Source of the DNA: an uncultured Bacilli bacterium
GTDB lineage: Bacteria; Bacillota_I; Bacilli_A; RF39; UBA660
Length of the DNA stretch: 64,000 nucleotides
Assembly (NCBI GenBank): GCA_934163035.1
Contig: CAKPJX010000002.1
Location: 13,977 to 77,976, forward strand
Direction of reading: 5' to 3'
The notes beneath the pieces are model-generated. The model ran no database searches. It was given only the letters and a program-made list of their open reading frames with translations, and was not told the DNA's origin. A program made the translations under genes and the position numbers. Below are positions 9,653 through 20,275 of this stretch, in pieces. Numbering within the stretch: position 1 is the first letter of the stretch; every line of letters starts with the position of its first letter.

Positions 9653-10928
9653 AAACTATACCAACACCACAAACTAATATAACAAGACCAATGAAATATA
9701 TAATTTGTGAAGTATTCATACCAGTGTTAGGTACTTCAGGGACATAGTCAAATTTAACTGAGAAAGGTATACTCTTAGACATTGAATTAACATCAACACC
9801 AACAATCTTTTGTTTAGCAGCGTCACCTTCTAAAAATTCATTTGCACTTTTATCATAAGCCATATATTCATAACCAACATATTCGTATCCATCAGATAAA
9901 AATTCTAAGTCTACATTAGCACCATTGCTATCAACCGAGTCAACAGGAACTCTTACATAAAATTTAGTATTAAAATCATAATATTTATTCTCATCAATAG
10001 CTTCGCCTTTTTCACCATAAACAATTACTGCACCATCTGGTGAAGTTTTGTCATTTATTTTAACTTTAAACTTTTCAGTACTAGTATTACCAGCAGTAAC
10101 TGTAATAGCAGAAGATTGATAATATTTACCATCTTCAGTTAAAGACACATCTGTACCACCTGAAACATTAAGTTTAGGTGCTGTATCGTCAGAAGTAGCA
10201 TTCATTGCTGCATCAACCAATGGTTTAACATAAGTAGTATAATAATTACAAGATTTTCCATCCCTAAGACACACTTTTTCTTCACTACCAATATTTATTT
10301 TGGTAAAACTCTTTCCAGGTTTACCAGTTGCTAAATATTTTTCTTCATAATCTGAAGAATTAGTTGCTTTAGTTTGATACAAATAATCCCACAAAGCCAA
10401 TTGAGTAATTACAGCTCGTTCTGTAAGACTAACAGTCTTCATGTCCTTATCATTATATAAAGAAGAAGCTTTATCATAATATCCATTTGCTAAAATATAT
10501 AGTACAGAATATGTCTTAGCAGAACCACCTAATTCTGAACTATCTTTTTTCCAATTTTTATAGTTTTTATAAAAAACATTAGTATCTGCTCCAATATTAT
10601 TTTCTAAGCAAAAAACTGAAGTACCATATACCTTATTTACCCAAAACAAACCAACACCAGCCTTAGAACTACCATTTTCAATAGTAACAATAGGATCACC
10701 AGTAATTAAAGTAAATTCATCCCCAAGACCATTTACAGATGGAACAGCAGCCCAAGATGGATTATTAAAGCTTGTTGCTACAAATGCAAACACTGCTACT
10801 ATTGCTATTAAAACAGAAGCAGTAACAATTCCATTTCCTTTTAGGAAACGATTTGTGGTAGACTTTTTATTATTATTATTGTCTTCCATATAAATTTTTT
10901 CCATATTAAACACCTTACCTTTATACAA
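9621..10928 (-). CDS. sortase-anchored surface adhesin with thioester domain (TED) motifs
   Basis: Signal/transmembrane segment. FCLE ([YFL]C-phi-x) and TQLALW (TQxA-phi-W) thioester-domain signatures. C-terminal VPNTG sorting signal plus a hydrophobic segment and a KPKESN tail. Confidence 0.65.
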   Translation of the reverse strand: MYKGKVFNMEKIYMEDNNNNKKSTTNRFLKGNGIVTASVLIAIVAVFAFVATSFNNPSWAAVPSVNGLGDEFTLITGDPIVTIENGSSKAGVGLFWVNKVYGTSVFCLENNIGADTNVFYKNYKNWKKDSSELGGSAKTYSVLYILANGYYDKASSLYNDKDMKTVSLTERAVITQLALWDYLYQTKATNSSDYEEKYLATGKPGKSFTKINIGSEEKVCLRDGKSCNYYTTYVKPLVDAAMNATSDDTAPKLNVSGGTDVSLTEDGKYYQSSAITVTAGNTSTEKFKVKINDKTSPDGAVIVYGEKGEAIDENKYYDFNTKFYVRVPVDSVDSNGANVDLEFLSDGYEYVGYEYMAYDKSANEFLEGDAAKQKIVGVDVNSMSKSIPFSVKFDYVPEVPNTGMNTSQIIYFIGLVILVCGVGIVYANIKPKESN

Positions 10929-10966
10929 TTATTATATCATAAAAGAATAATTTTCAAACATATTTT

Positions 10967-12193
10967 TTAATTTATTGTAAAAATACCATCAAAGTCTCTA
11001 TTAGAATCACTATCTTTTTTATAGATAGTTGCAATAACATCTCCTTTTGCTACTTTATCACCAACTAATTTATTTAAATAAATTCCAACACTATAATCAA
11101 TTTTATCTTCCTTACTCTCTCTACCAGCACCTAAACTAACAGAAAGTTTGCCTAACTTCAAAGCGTCAATATTTTTAACAATCCCATCCCTATCAGCAAA
11201 AATTTCTTGTTTATTATTGCTAACAGAAAGACTATCAATATCTCCACCTTGACATTTAACCATTTCTAAAAATTTATTATAAGCTTTTCCATTATCTATA
11301 TTTTCTATGACTAATTTTTTAGCTTCTTCATATCCTATATTTTTTCCCATACTAACCATTTCACTAGCCAGTTCAATACATAAGTTTGTTAAATTATTAT
11401 TGCCATCTTTATTTTTTAGTACAGATATAGCCTCTAAAACTTCCAAACTATTTCCAATAGCTCTTCCTAAAGGAACATTCATATCACTAATTTTAGTTCT
11501 AACCTCGCGACCATAAAAATTTCCTATTTTTATCATTAGTTCACTTAACTTTTCAGCATCTTTCATTGACTGAAGTAGTGCACCATCACCAACTTTTATA
11601 TCTATTAAGATTTTATCCGCACCAGCTGCTATTTTTTTACTCATAATACTAGATGCAATTAAAGGAATTGATGAAACTGTTGCCGTAACATCTCTTAGCG
11701 CATAAATTACTTTATCTATTGGTACTAAATTAGCTGTTTGACCTGTTACAACAACACCTATATTTCTAACCTGTTCTAATACTTCATAATCACTTAAATC
11801 TATTCTAAATCCTTTAATACTCTCTAATTTATCGATGGTACCACCAGTATATCCCAATCCTCTACCACTCATTTTAACAACAGGTACACCTAAGCTAGCA
11901 ACTATTGGAGCAATAATCAAAGTAGTCTTATCACCTATTCCACCAGTTGAATGCTTGTCAACTTTTATTCCATCAATATTAGAAAAATCCAAAACATCTC
12001 CACTTTCAATGAAAATTTTTGTTAATGCAAATACCTCATCATCATTCATTCCATTTATACAAATAGCCATCAATAAAGATGACATCTGATAATCCTTTAC
12101 ATTACCATTTAAATAACCATTAAATATAAAATAGATCTCATCATAACTAAGTGCTAAGCCTAATCTTTTTTTATTAATAATATCTACAATCAT
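10967..12193 (-). CDS. pdp: pyrimidine-nucleoside (thymidine) phosphorylase
   Basis: KHSTGGIGDKTTL phosphate-binding loop and a glycosyltransferase family-3 fold of about 400 aa. Confidence 0.9.
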   Translation of the reverse strand: MIVDIINKKRLGLALSYDEIYFIFNGYLNGNVKDYQMSSLLMAICINGMNDDEVFALTKIFIESGDVLDFSNIDGIKVDKHSTGGIGDKTTLIIAPIVASLGVPVVKMSGRGLGYTGGTIDKLESIKGFRIDLSDYEVLEQVRNIGVVVTGQTANLVPIDKVIYALRDVTATVSSIPLIASSIMSKKIAAGADKILIDIKVGDGALLQSMKDAEKLSELMIKIGNFYGREVRTKISDMNVPLGRAIGNSLEVLEAISVLKNKDGNNNLTNLCIELASEMVSMGKNIGYEEAKKLVIENIDNGKAYNKFLEMVKCQGGDIDSLSVSNNKQEIFADRDGIVKNIDALKLGKLSVSLGAGRESKEDKIDYSVGIYLNKLVGDKVAKGDVIATIYKKDSDSNRDFDGIFTIN

Positions 12194-12615
12194 ACAAGTT
12201 CCTTTCTAAATATATCAGAATCTCTAATAGTAAATCCCATGTCTTGATATAGTTTTCTTGCTTCATTTCTAAACCAACTAGAAGTAAGTTGAATATACTT
12301 TGCTTCACGAGCTTTAGCAAGATCAATTGCCATATTTAACATTGATTTAGCAATACCATTATTACGGTAATTTTTTAAGACGCATACATAATCAAAAAAA
12401 CAGATAACATCATTGGTTACAAAATCCCTCATAAAAGTAATTAACATATAACCGACAATCATATCATCAGATGTAGTTACTATCTCAATATGATTATCAT
12501 CTGAATTATCTTTTGTCTTTTCTATTGAAAAATTCTCTTTAAGTAACCTATTTACCCCAAATAAATCTTCTTTTCTATAATATCTTATATAATACCTTAT
12601 ATTCATACTCCTCAC
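12190..12615 (-). CDS. GNAT family N-acetyltransferase
   Basis: Acetyl-CoA binding motif NYRNNGIAKSML (R/Q-x-x-G-x-G/A). Confidence 0.7.
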   Translation of the reverse strand: MRSMNIRYYIRYYRKEDLFGVNRLLKENFSIEKTKDNSDDNHIEIVTTSDDMIVGYMLITFMRDFVTNDVICFFDYVCVLKNYRNNGIAKSMLNMAIDLAKAREAKYIQLTSSWFRNEARKLYQDMGFTIRDSDIFRKELV

Positions 12616-12713
12616 CTACTATAAAGTATACCATAAAAAAGAAGACTTTTTCAAAAAAAACAAATTAAATAAAGAAGGTAATTATATTAAATACTTTACC
12701 TTCTAAATAATAA

Positions 12714-13040
12714 TTAATTATCTCTCTTACTAGATAAAAATGTCACCTTCTCTGCTACAATATCCATAACATAACTCTTTTTGTCTTCATTTTCTATAAC
12801 TCTAGATTGAATTCTACCCTTTATTCCTACAATGTCTCCTTTCCCACAATATTGTGCTGTATTAGATGCAACATTTTCGAAAGCTACACAATCAACAAAA
12901 TCTGTATCATATGTTCCATCCATATTTTTAAAACTTCTAGGTATAGCTAATGATATTGTAGCAATCTTTTTTCCAGATTCACCTTTATTAATTTTAATAT
13001 TTCTAGTAAGTCTTCCAACCAAAACCACCTGATTTAACAC
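12714..13040 (-). CDS. ssb: single-stranded DNA-binding protein, short SsbB-like form without an acidic tail
   Basis: OB-fold (VVLVGRLTRN ... FVDCVAF). The likely true start is a GTG at 13038-13040, preceded by a perfect AGGAGGTGA RBS (MLNQVVLVGRL). The ORF-track start at 13091 is probably over-extended. Confidence 0.7.
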   Translation of the reverse strand: MLNQVVLVGRLTRNIKINKGESGKKIATISLAIPRSFKNMDGTYDTDFVDCVAFENVASNTAQYCGKGDIVGIKGRIQSRVIENEDKKSYVMDIVAEKVTFLSSKRDN

Positions 13041-13197
13041 CAAATCACCTCCTCTCGAAAACATAATATTAATAATTATCATTTTTTTCAAATGAAGAAT
13101 TTAACTAATTCAAGTAAAAATTTTGTCAAAAAAAAAGAAATTCCTTCTAAGAAAAATTTCTTTTTATAATCATAATAATCATCATTTAACAACTTTG

Positions 13198-14520
13198 CTA
13201 CAAATTTCTTTTTATTAACTGATTTAACTCAACTGCATATTCCATAGGTAATTCATCTCTAAATTTTTCCAAAAATCCAAGTATTATTAATTCCATTGCT
13301 CTTTCTCTATTTATTCCCCTACTCATTAAGTAAAATAAATTCTCTTCACTTATTTTTGAAACTGTCGCCTCATGTTCAATACTACTACTAACGTTGTAGC
13401 AAGAGTTAACTGGAATAGTATCACTCTTAGATAATTCATCTAAAATAAGAGTATCACATTTAACATCACTAACACTATTTGTAGCTTTTGTATCAATAAG
13501 CACTTTCCCTCTATAAGTAGCATTACCACCATTATTAGAAATACTCTTAGAAATAATATTACTCTTAGTATTTTTACCCAAATGAATCATTCTAGCTCCA
13601 CTATCTTGTTCTTGTCCATTAGAAGCAACAGAAATAGTTATACATGTACCTTTAGAATTATCACCCTTTAATACACAGCAAGGATATTTCATAGTAACCT
13701 TACTACCAATATTACCATCAATCCATTCCATAGTACCGCCATCATCAACCAAAGCTCTTTTAGTAACCAAGTTATAAACATTAGTAGCCCAGTTTTGAAC
13801 AGTTGAATATCTACATTTACTATTTTTACCAACATATATTTCAACAACTGCAGCATGTAAAGAAGATTCGCTATAAGTTGGAGCCGTACATCCCTCAACA
13901 TAATGTAGCTGGCTATTATCATCTACTATTATTAAAGTTCTCTCAAACTGTCCCATATTACGACTATTAATTCTAAAATAACTCTGTAGTGGTCTATCAA
14001 GTGTCGTATTAGGAGGTACATAAATAAAACTACCTCCACTAAAAACAGCCCCATTTAAAGCAGCAAATTTATTCTCACTATTACTTACAATTTTACCAAA
14101 GTATTTTTTAACCAAATCAGGATATTCCTTCATTGCCACTTCAACAGATGTAAAAATAACCTTTTTTTCAGTAAGTTCTTTAAGCATATTATGATAAATT
14201 ACTTCACTCTCATATTGAACTCCCATACCACCAAGATGCTTTTCACTTTCTAGTACTCCCAAAGAATCAAGTTCATCTTTAACAGGCTTTAAAACATTAT
14301 TCCAATCACTTTGAATCTTATCATCCATTTCATTTGATTTATAATAAATTATCTTATTAAAATCTAAATCAATATTAGGTCCAAAACTAGGCATATCAAG
14401 TTTTTCAAACTTACTATAACTATCAAGTCTAAAATCTTTTATCCATTCATCTTCTCTTTTTACTTTAGAAATTTCACAAATATTATTTTTATTTATTCCG
14501 ATAATTTCCACAAATATCAC
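13198..14520 (-). CDS. sufB: Fe-S cluster assembly protein SufB
   Basis: HYVEGCTAPTYSESSLHAAVVEIYV ... conserved SufB core; last gene of the sufCDSUB cluster. Confidence 0.9.
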   Translation of the reverse strand: MIFVEIIGINKNNICEISKVKREDEWIKDFRLDSYSKFEKLDMPSFGPNIDLDFNKIIYYKSNEMDDKIQSDWNNVLKPVKDELDSLGVLESEKHLGGMGVQYESEVIYHNMLKELTEKKVIFTSVEVAMKEYPDLVKKYFGKIVSNSENKFAALNGAVFSGGSFIYVPPNTTLDRPLQSYFRINSRNMGQFERTLIIVDDNSQLHYVEGCTAPTYSESSLHAAVVEIYVGKNSKCRYSTVQNWATNVYNLVTKRALVDDGGTMEWIDGNIGSKVTMKYPCCVLKGDNSKGTCITISVASNGQEQDSGARMIHLGKNTKSNIISKSISNNGGNATYRGKVLIDTKATNSVSDVKCDTLILDELSKSDTIPVNSCYNVSSSIEHEATVSKISEENLFYLMSRGINRERAMELIILGFLEKFRDELPMEYAVELNQLIKRNL

Positions 14521-14531
14521 CAGTTTCTAAT

Positions 14532-14963
14532 TTATTCTTTATTTTCTAATTTATCTATTAAACTTAAAATTGCTCTACTTGGTAGTAATACACAATTCTT
14601 TCTATTAGGTTGCTTTCCAACTTCATCGTAAACAACTAAATCTTTTAATATATCAGCATCATACTCATCTTCATTAATCATATTTTGATAATTTTTAAGT
14701 ATATTTATAGCTTCTTCTGTAGTTTTCCCTATTAATAGATTAATCATAATAGAAGCAGCTGAAGTACTAATAGCACAAGCTTCTCCATCAAATCTAATAT
14801 CTTTTATAATATTATCTTCTACTTTCATCATAAAATCCAAATTATCTATACAGCTTTCACTACTAGTATTTACTGATAAATAGCTATTATCATTAACTAA
14901 CCCCTTATTATAAGGATCTTGATAATTATCTAATATAATTTGTCTTTTTAATTCACTATCCAT
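14532..14963 (-). CDS. sufU: Fe-S cluster assembly scaffold SufU (NifU-like)
   Basis: 143 aa with conserved Cys (GEACAISTSAAS, CVLL); sits between sufS and sufB. Confidence 0.8.
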   Translation of the reverse strand: MDSELKRQIILDNYQDPYNKGLVNDNSYLSVNTSSESCIDNLDFMMKVEDNIIKDIRFDGEACAISTSAASIMINLLIGKTTEEAINILKNYQNMINEDEYDADILKDLVVYDEVGKQPNRKNCVLLPSRAILSLIDKLENKE

Positions 14964-14971
14964 AAATTCTC

Positions 14972-16177
14972 CTAAATAATAATTTTAAATATATCCTTGC
15001 TCTGTTTTAATGCTTTTACAAGTTTATCTACATCATCATGATTATTATATAAATACATACTCACTCTTACAGTATTTTTAGTATTAATTTCATCTTTTAA
15101 CATTTTAGCACAATGATTACCTGCTCTTACAAATATCTTATAATGATTTAGATAGATTGAGCTTTCTTGAGCAAAAACCCCATCTATATTAAATGCTAAT
15201 ATTCCACTATCACTATTTTTATTATATATAACTATATTGTCTATTTTTTCTAGTTGTGAAACTAGATATTTTTTCAATTCTACTTCATGTTCATGAATCT
15301 TATTAATTCCTATATTCATAATATACTTAATAGCTTCACTAAGTCCTATAACTTCCGCTATTGGTGGTGTACCAGCTTCAAATTTAATAGGTGTATCTTT
15401 CAATTCATAGCTATCATCAGACTCAAAAGATCTATTCATTCCTCCACCATACATTAAAGGATCCATTTTATCTAGTAATTCCTCTTTACCAACTAAAACA
15501 CCAACACCAGTTGGACCTAACATTTTATGCCCAGAAAAGCTTAAGAAATCAATATTGCACTTTCTAAAATCAACTTTCATATGTGGAACACTTTGAGCAC
15601 CATCTACACAGAAATAAATTCCCTTATCCTTACATATCATTCCAATATTATAAATATCTCTTACATCACCAATAACATTAGTAACATGAGCAATTGAAAT
15701 AACCTTAGTCTTAGGAGTAATACTCTTTAACACACTGTCAACAGTAAGAGAATAATTACTATCAAGTTCCATGTATTTAATTACTACCCCAATCTCTTCC
15801 TCTAGTCTTATCCATGGTAATACATTAGAAGCATGTTCAGATCTAGTAAGTAAAATTTCATCCCCTGGTTTTAAATATTTCTTCATAAAACCAAATACAA
15901 CCATATTTATAGACATTGTAGTACCACTAGTAAAAACAACTTCCTTACTACTTCTACAATTAATAAAATCTCTAACTACATCTCTTGCCCCATCATAAAG
16001 CTTATTAGTAATAACCGCTGCATCATAGTCACCCCTATGAATATTAGAAGTATGTTGTGTATAATATTTATCAATACTATCAACAACACATTTAGGTTTT
16101 AAAGTTGTAGCACCATTGTCAAAATAAACAATATCATTATCAAGCATTGAAAAATCTTCTCTATGCACACAAATCAC
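14972..16177 (-). CDS. sufS: cysteine desulfurase SufS
   Basis: Class V aminotransferase. PLP-lysine in FSGHKMLGPTGVG and catalytic Cys in RAGNHCA. Confidence 0.9.
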   Translation of the reverse strand: MICVHREDFSMLDNDIVYFDNGATTLKPKCVVDSIDKYYTQHTSNIHRGDYDAAVITNKLYDGARDVVRDFINCRSSKEVVFTSGTTMSINMVVFGFMKKYLKPGDEILLTRSEHASNVLPWIRLEEEIGVVIKYMELDSNYSLTVDSVLKSITPKTKVISIAHVTNVIGDVRDIYNIGMICKDKGIYFCVDGAQSVPHMKVDFRKCNIDFLSFSGHKMLGPTGVGVLVGKEELLDKMDPLMYGGGMNRSFESDDSYELKDTPIKFEAGTPPIAEVIGLSEAIKYIMNIGINKIHEHEVELKKYLVSQLEKIDNIVIYNKNSDSGILAFNIDGVFAQESSIYLNHYKIFVRAGNHCAKMLKDEINTKNTVRVSMYLYNNHDDVDKLVKALKQSKDIFKIII

Positions 16178-16180
16178 CTC

Positions 16181-16774
16181 CTATATTTTTTCAATTTCAT
16201 CAATAAAATCTTTTATTTTATTTTTATCAATATCCAAACTATTAATTAAAAATCCATTAAGTAAAAGTCTATATCCTTGACTCCTAGATATTCCTCTACT
16301 CATAAGATAAAATAAAATCTCATCCTTAAACTTACCAATATAAGCAGCATGATTACTATCAACATCATAATTATCAATTAATAGTTTAGGAAGTATTGTA
16401 CTCTTACCATCTACTAAATTGATAATTTGATTATCTTGATTACAAATACATTTACTACTACTAGAAATAACTTTTCCACAAACATCATAATCTAATTTAT
16501 TATCATACACATTAACACCATGATTATATAATTCACTATGTGTATTACTAGCCAAATGATTTACACTTATCTTAAAACTATTATTATCATAATTAATATT
16601 ATTATAATAATAGTCTAATCTAGCACCTTCCTTAACTAAATTAATTTCTACATCACTACTACTATTAATAGAAAAATGATAAATTATAGTATCTTGATCT
16701 ATATCATATTTATAATTACTCACTTTATTATTATCTATTATATATAATATTCTACTCATTAGTATCATTTCCAA
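16181..16774 (-). CDS. sufD: short SufD-like Fe-S assembly protein (SufBD family C-terminal domain)
   Basis: Position in the operon and a C-terminal SufBD-like segment (AAYIGKFKDEILFYLMSRGISRSQ). At 197 aa it is about half the usual SufD length. Confidence 0.5.
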   Translation of the reverse strand: MEMILMSRILYIIDNNKVSNYKYDIDQDTIIYHFSINSSSDVEINLVKEGARLDYYYNNINYDNNSFKISVNHLASNTHSELYNHGVNVYDNKLDYDVCGKVISSSSKCICNQDNQIINLVDGKSTILPKLLIDNYDVDSNHAAYIGKFKDEILFYLMSRGISRSQGYRLLLNGFLINSLDIDKNKIKDFIDEIEKI

Positions 16775-17540
16775 TCATAACATTAACCCCATAGCCACTC
16801 TTATCAATTTCAAAAGCTAATTTCATATCACCAGTCTTTTGAATAACTCCATCATTCATAATATGAACAAAATCAGGTTTTATATATTCTAATATCCTAG
16901 GGTAATGAGTAATTATTAAAACAGATGTATTTACTGACTCAGATAAGTAATTATTAATATTTTTACAAATAATTCTCAAGCTATCTACATCTAATCCTGA
17001 ATCTAACTCATCTAAAATAATTAGCTTAGGTTTTAAAAATAACATCTGCAAAATCTCATTTTTCTTTTTTTCACCACCACTAAATCCTGAATTTAATGAT
17101 CGATGCATCATACTTTTATCTAGTCCAACTGCTTCCATGTTTTTTTCCATATCTTTTACAAAACTAAAAAGATTAACTTTTTCACCAGTAATTTCATTCT
17201 TAGCAGTTCGAATAAATTCACTATTTGAAACGCCTTCAATAATCATAGGATCCTGCATACATAAAAAGATACCTAGCTTAGCTCTTTCATCAACTTCCAA
17301 ATCATTTATATTAACACCATTAAATAAAATCTCTCCAGAATTTATCTTATACTTATAATTTCCCATTATAGTCTTAGAAAGTGTACTTTTACCTGTACCA
17401 TTAGGTCCCATAATAGCATGAACTTCACCAGGTTTTATATTAAGAGATACGCCCTTTAAAATTTCATCTTCACTATCATTACAGTCATCAATAACACTAA
17501 CATGTAAATCTTTAATTTCTAACATAAGATCACCTTCCAT
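16752..17540 (-). CDS. sufC: Fe-S cluster assembly ATPase SufC
   Basis: ABC ATPase with Walker A GPNGTGKST, LSGGEKKK signature and LILDELDSGLD. The true start is probably the internal ATG at 17525 (MLEIKDLHV), which has a GGAAGGTGA RBS. Confidence 0.9.
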   Translation of the reverse strand: MEGDLMLEIKDLHVSVIDDCNDSEDEILKGVSLNIKPGEVHAIMGPNGTGKSTLSKTIMGNYKYKINSGEILFNGVNINDLEVDERAKLGIFLCMQDPMIIEGVSNSEFIRTAKNEITGEKVNLFSFVKDMEKNMEAVGLDKSMMHRSLNSGFSGGEKKKNEILQMLFLKPKLIILDELDSGLDVDSLRIICKNINNYLSESVNTSVLIITHYPRILEYIKPDFVHIMNDGVIQKTGDMKLAFEIDKSGYGVNVMIGNDTNE

Positions 17541-17672
17541 TCATATATTATACCAAATCTATTAGGATTGTTGCACATAAACCGAACTTATTTTACCACA
17601 AATAACTACAATCACCAAATAAAATAAAATGAAAAAGATGTCAGCAACAACCAACATCTTAACAAAATTATC

Positions 17673-19214
17673 TTACATAGTTTTAATTTTAGAATACCCT
17701 CTATCATAATCATCATCTAACAATGATTGAGCTTTACTAAGTAATTTAACAAGTTCATTTTTACCAGCAACTTGTGATCTCAAAGATTTAATTTCTTCTC
17801 GTTGCTTTTCAATCATATTCTGCATCTTACTAACTTCATCTTCCATACTTTTATATTCTCTAAATAAACTCTCATACCTAGTAACCAATTTCTTATTTTC
17901 TTCAAAAGCCTTACGTCTAAAATCAGTAAGTTTTTTTAATTTTTCTTCATAATCCGCCATTGTATGTCTTTGTTCTTCTATTTGACTAATCATCTTATTC
18001 ATAACAACAGCTGTATCTTCAAAAACCGTATCACGACTATCATCACTATAATCATCATCTAAAGAAAAATCTCTTTTCTTTTCAATAGGTCTTTTATCAT
18101 TAAGTATATCAGCAAAATTAAAATTATCTGAATCCTTAGCTTCCTCTTCAAATATATTTTTAGGATTATTATCTATATCATAGGTATAATCGCTTTTATT
18201 ATCATCTATACTTCTAAAAGAATCATCATTATTATTATTAATCTCATCATTAACAGCAGTAAATTCATCAAGACTACCATCATTAGTAGCTATTTTATCA
18301 AAAGAAACAGGAGCAATCTCCCTCTCATCAATATCATCATCTTCAACTGTTTTTTCCTCAATTGATGGATTACTAATAGTGTTATCAGTTACAGTATTTT
18401 TTTCTTCAACAGGAGAACTATCAACACTAGAAACATCTGGAACAATAGCCTCACTATTTGCATTATTTTCATCACCAAGTTCCTTAACTTCACTTGAAAC
18501 ATTTTGTACTGGTGTAAATATATTTTGAGCAGACTCATTATCCATAGCTTCATCAATCATCTTTTTTTCTACTTTAAAATCTCTAACATCCAAATCATTA
18601 TCATCTGTTTTAATATTTTCATTTACTTCTTTAACTAAAGGATATTCAATAATTTCAGATTCAACTGTATTACCAGATAAGAAAATAGACTTATCATTAA
18701 TACCAACAAAACTGAAAAATTTATCATCACATAAATTATTACCATTTAAATCAGCTAGCTTAACTTCTGAAAACTGATCATTAAAAACGAACTTACCTTT
18801 AGGCCCCATTTTACTATACATTTTTTCTTTAATGGCTGCCGATGTAGAAACCAATTTTGTTGCTGCTAAAGGATCCTTTCTCATCGCAATAGTATCAAGA
18901 ACACTCTTAGTAATAGGATTTGAATTTTCAATTAATAAGAATTTATCATTAACTGGTTTAATAGATTTGTTTACAAAGGGCACAATAACATTACCATCAA
19001 TATCAATAACACCAATAGATAAAGCCACTACTAAAGGATCTATAGCCTCCACTAAAGCCGTAGATGCTACAATGTAACCATTACTTAATTTTTCTCCATC
19101 TAAAAAGTAATATGTTTTTCCATCTTCAGTAGTTCCATATGTACATAAGATATCACTACGATCCTTATATTTTACTAGTCCCTTTTGAACTCGCATCATT
19201 CTAACACCACCCAT
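17673..19214 (-). CDS. hypothetical protein: N-terminal globular domain, long acidic disordered linker, C-terminal coiled coil
   Basis: 513 aa. Residues about 230-400 are D/E/N/S-rich low complexity. The last about 100 aa have heptad-like KLKKLTDFRRKAFEEN ... IKSLRSQV. No family recognised. Confidence 0.4.
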   Translation of the reverse strand: MGGVRMMRVQKGLVKYKDRSDILCTYGTTEDGKTYYFLDGEKLSNGYIVASTALVEAIDPLVVALSIGVIDIDGNVIVPFVNKSIKPVNDKFLLIENSNPITKSVLDTIAMRKDPLAATKLVSTSAAIKEKMYSKMGPKGKFVFNDQFSEVKLADLNGNNLCDDKFFSFVGINDKSIFLSGNTVESEIIEYPLVKEVNENIKTDDNDLDVRDFKVEKKMIDEAMDNESAQNIFTPVQNVSSEVKELGDENNANSEAIVPDVSSVDSSPVEEKNTVTDNTISNPSIEEKTVEDDDIDEREIAPVSFDKIATNDGSLDEFTAVNDEINNNNDDSFRSIDDNKSDYTYDIDNNPKNIFEEEAKDSDNFNFADILNDKRPIEKKRDFSLDDDYSDDSRDTVFEDTAVVMNKMISQIEEQRHTMADYEEKLKKLTDFRRKAFEENKKLVTRYESLFREYKSMEDEVSKMQNMIEKQREEIKSLRSQVAGKNELVKLLSKAQSLLDDDYDRGYSKIKTM

Positions 19215-19317
19215 TATTCTCTATCATAAATATGATAACACAAAAGAAAATGCAAAACAACTGTTTTTAAAAGTTTTTTGTGCTATAATAAAGAAAATAA
19301 TTAAAAAGGAGAATAAT

Positions 19318-19716
19318 ATGAAAGATTGTATTTTTTGTAAAATAATTAATGATGAACTACCATCAAAAACAGTATATGAAGACGACTTAATAAAGGTAAT
19401 TATGAATATTAACCCCCAAACAAATGGTCATCTACTTGTCCTACCTAAAGAACATTATGTTAATCTTTTAGATATAGATCAAAAAATAATTACTCATAGT
19501 CTTAATATAGTAAAAGAAAAACTATATCCATTATTAAAAGAAAAATTAAACTGCCAAGGATTGACACTTGCTCAAAATAATGAATATGGTCAAGAAATAA
19601 AACATTATCATCTTCATTTAATTCCAAGATACGAAAATGATAATGCTGAATTTAAATATGATAAAGATGTTCTAGAAAATATAGATAATGTCTTCTCTAA
19701 ACTAGAATCAAAGTAA
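19318..19716 (+). CDS. HIT family hydrolase
   Basis: Histidine triad HYHLHLIP (HxHxHxx) and a CIFCKI N-terminus. Confidence 0.85.
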   Translation: MKDCIFCKIINDELPSKTVYEDDLIKVIMNINPQTNGHLLVLPKEHYVNLLDIDQKIITHSLNIVKEKLYPLLKEKLNCQGLTLAQNNEYGQEIKHYHLHLIPRYENDNAEFKYDKDVLENIDNVFSKLESK

Positions 19717-20224
19717 CAATAACATCTATAATAAATAGAAATACCAATAAAATACTAAACCATTTTGGTATTTTTTTTATTACTAATTCTATAAAAGGCC
19801 CTATAAAATATATAAATAATAGTGTAAATAATCCCCATACAGCACTAATTTCTAGTGCAATATAATGACCTATATTAAATTTTAAATCACTATAATCCCA
19901 AAATACTTTATGAAATATCTTTTCAATTAATATTCCACCAAAAAGCTCCAACAGAGTAAGTAAAACAATAGAAGTAAAAACACAAGCAATTGTTTTTATA
20001 AATTTATTCCACTTAAATTTCTTAAAAATGTATTTACATACAATAAGAATGACCACTCCTCCAAACCCATATACCGGTATCCAAGGTCCAAATAAAATAC
20101 CATTATTCATTGAATGAAAGAAAAAAGTCTTTAAAATAGTCTCTTGTATATATCCTAGAAAAGAACAAACAAAGAAAAAGTTAATATAGTAAAACATAGA
20201 AATCACCATTATTAATATAACCAA
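19697..20224 (-). CDS. small polytopic membrane protein (DUF1113 / putative ABC-transporter type-IV-like)
   Basis: 175 aa, 5 transmembrane helices, and a GPWIPVYGFGG motif shared with the paralog at 36736-37404. Confidence 0.4.
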   Translation of the reverse strand: MVILIMVISMFYYINFFFVCSFLGYIQETILKTFFFHSMNNGILFGPWIPVYGFGGVVILIVCKYIFKKFKWNKFIKTIACVFTSIVLLTLLELFGGILIEKIFHKVFWDYSDLKFNIGHYIALEISAVWGLFTLLFIYFIGPFIELVIKKIPKWFSILLVFLFIIDVIVTLILV

Positions 20225-20275
20225 AATTTAAAAAACAATTAAAAAGATAAGAATATTAATTCTTACCCTATAAAA

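Noticed and set aside
17541-17672. suf operon promoter (TGCAAC-17-TATAAT at 17547-17575, minus strand)
   Set aside because: A plausible match, but it lies only about 20 nt upstream of the corrected sufC start, and a longer leader or riboswitch cannot be excluded. Not confident enough to list.
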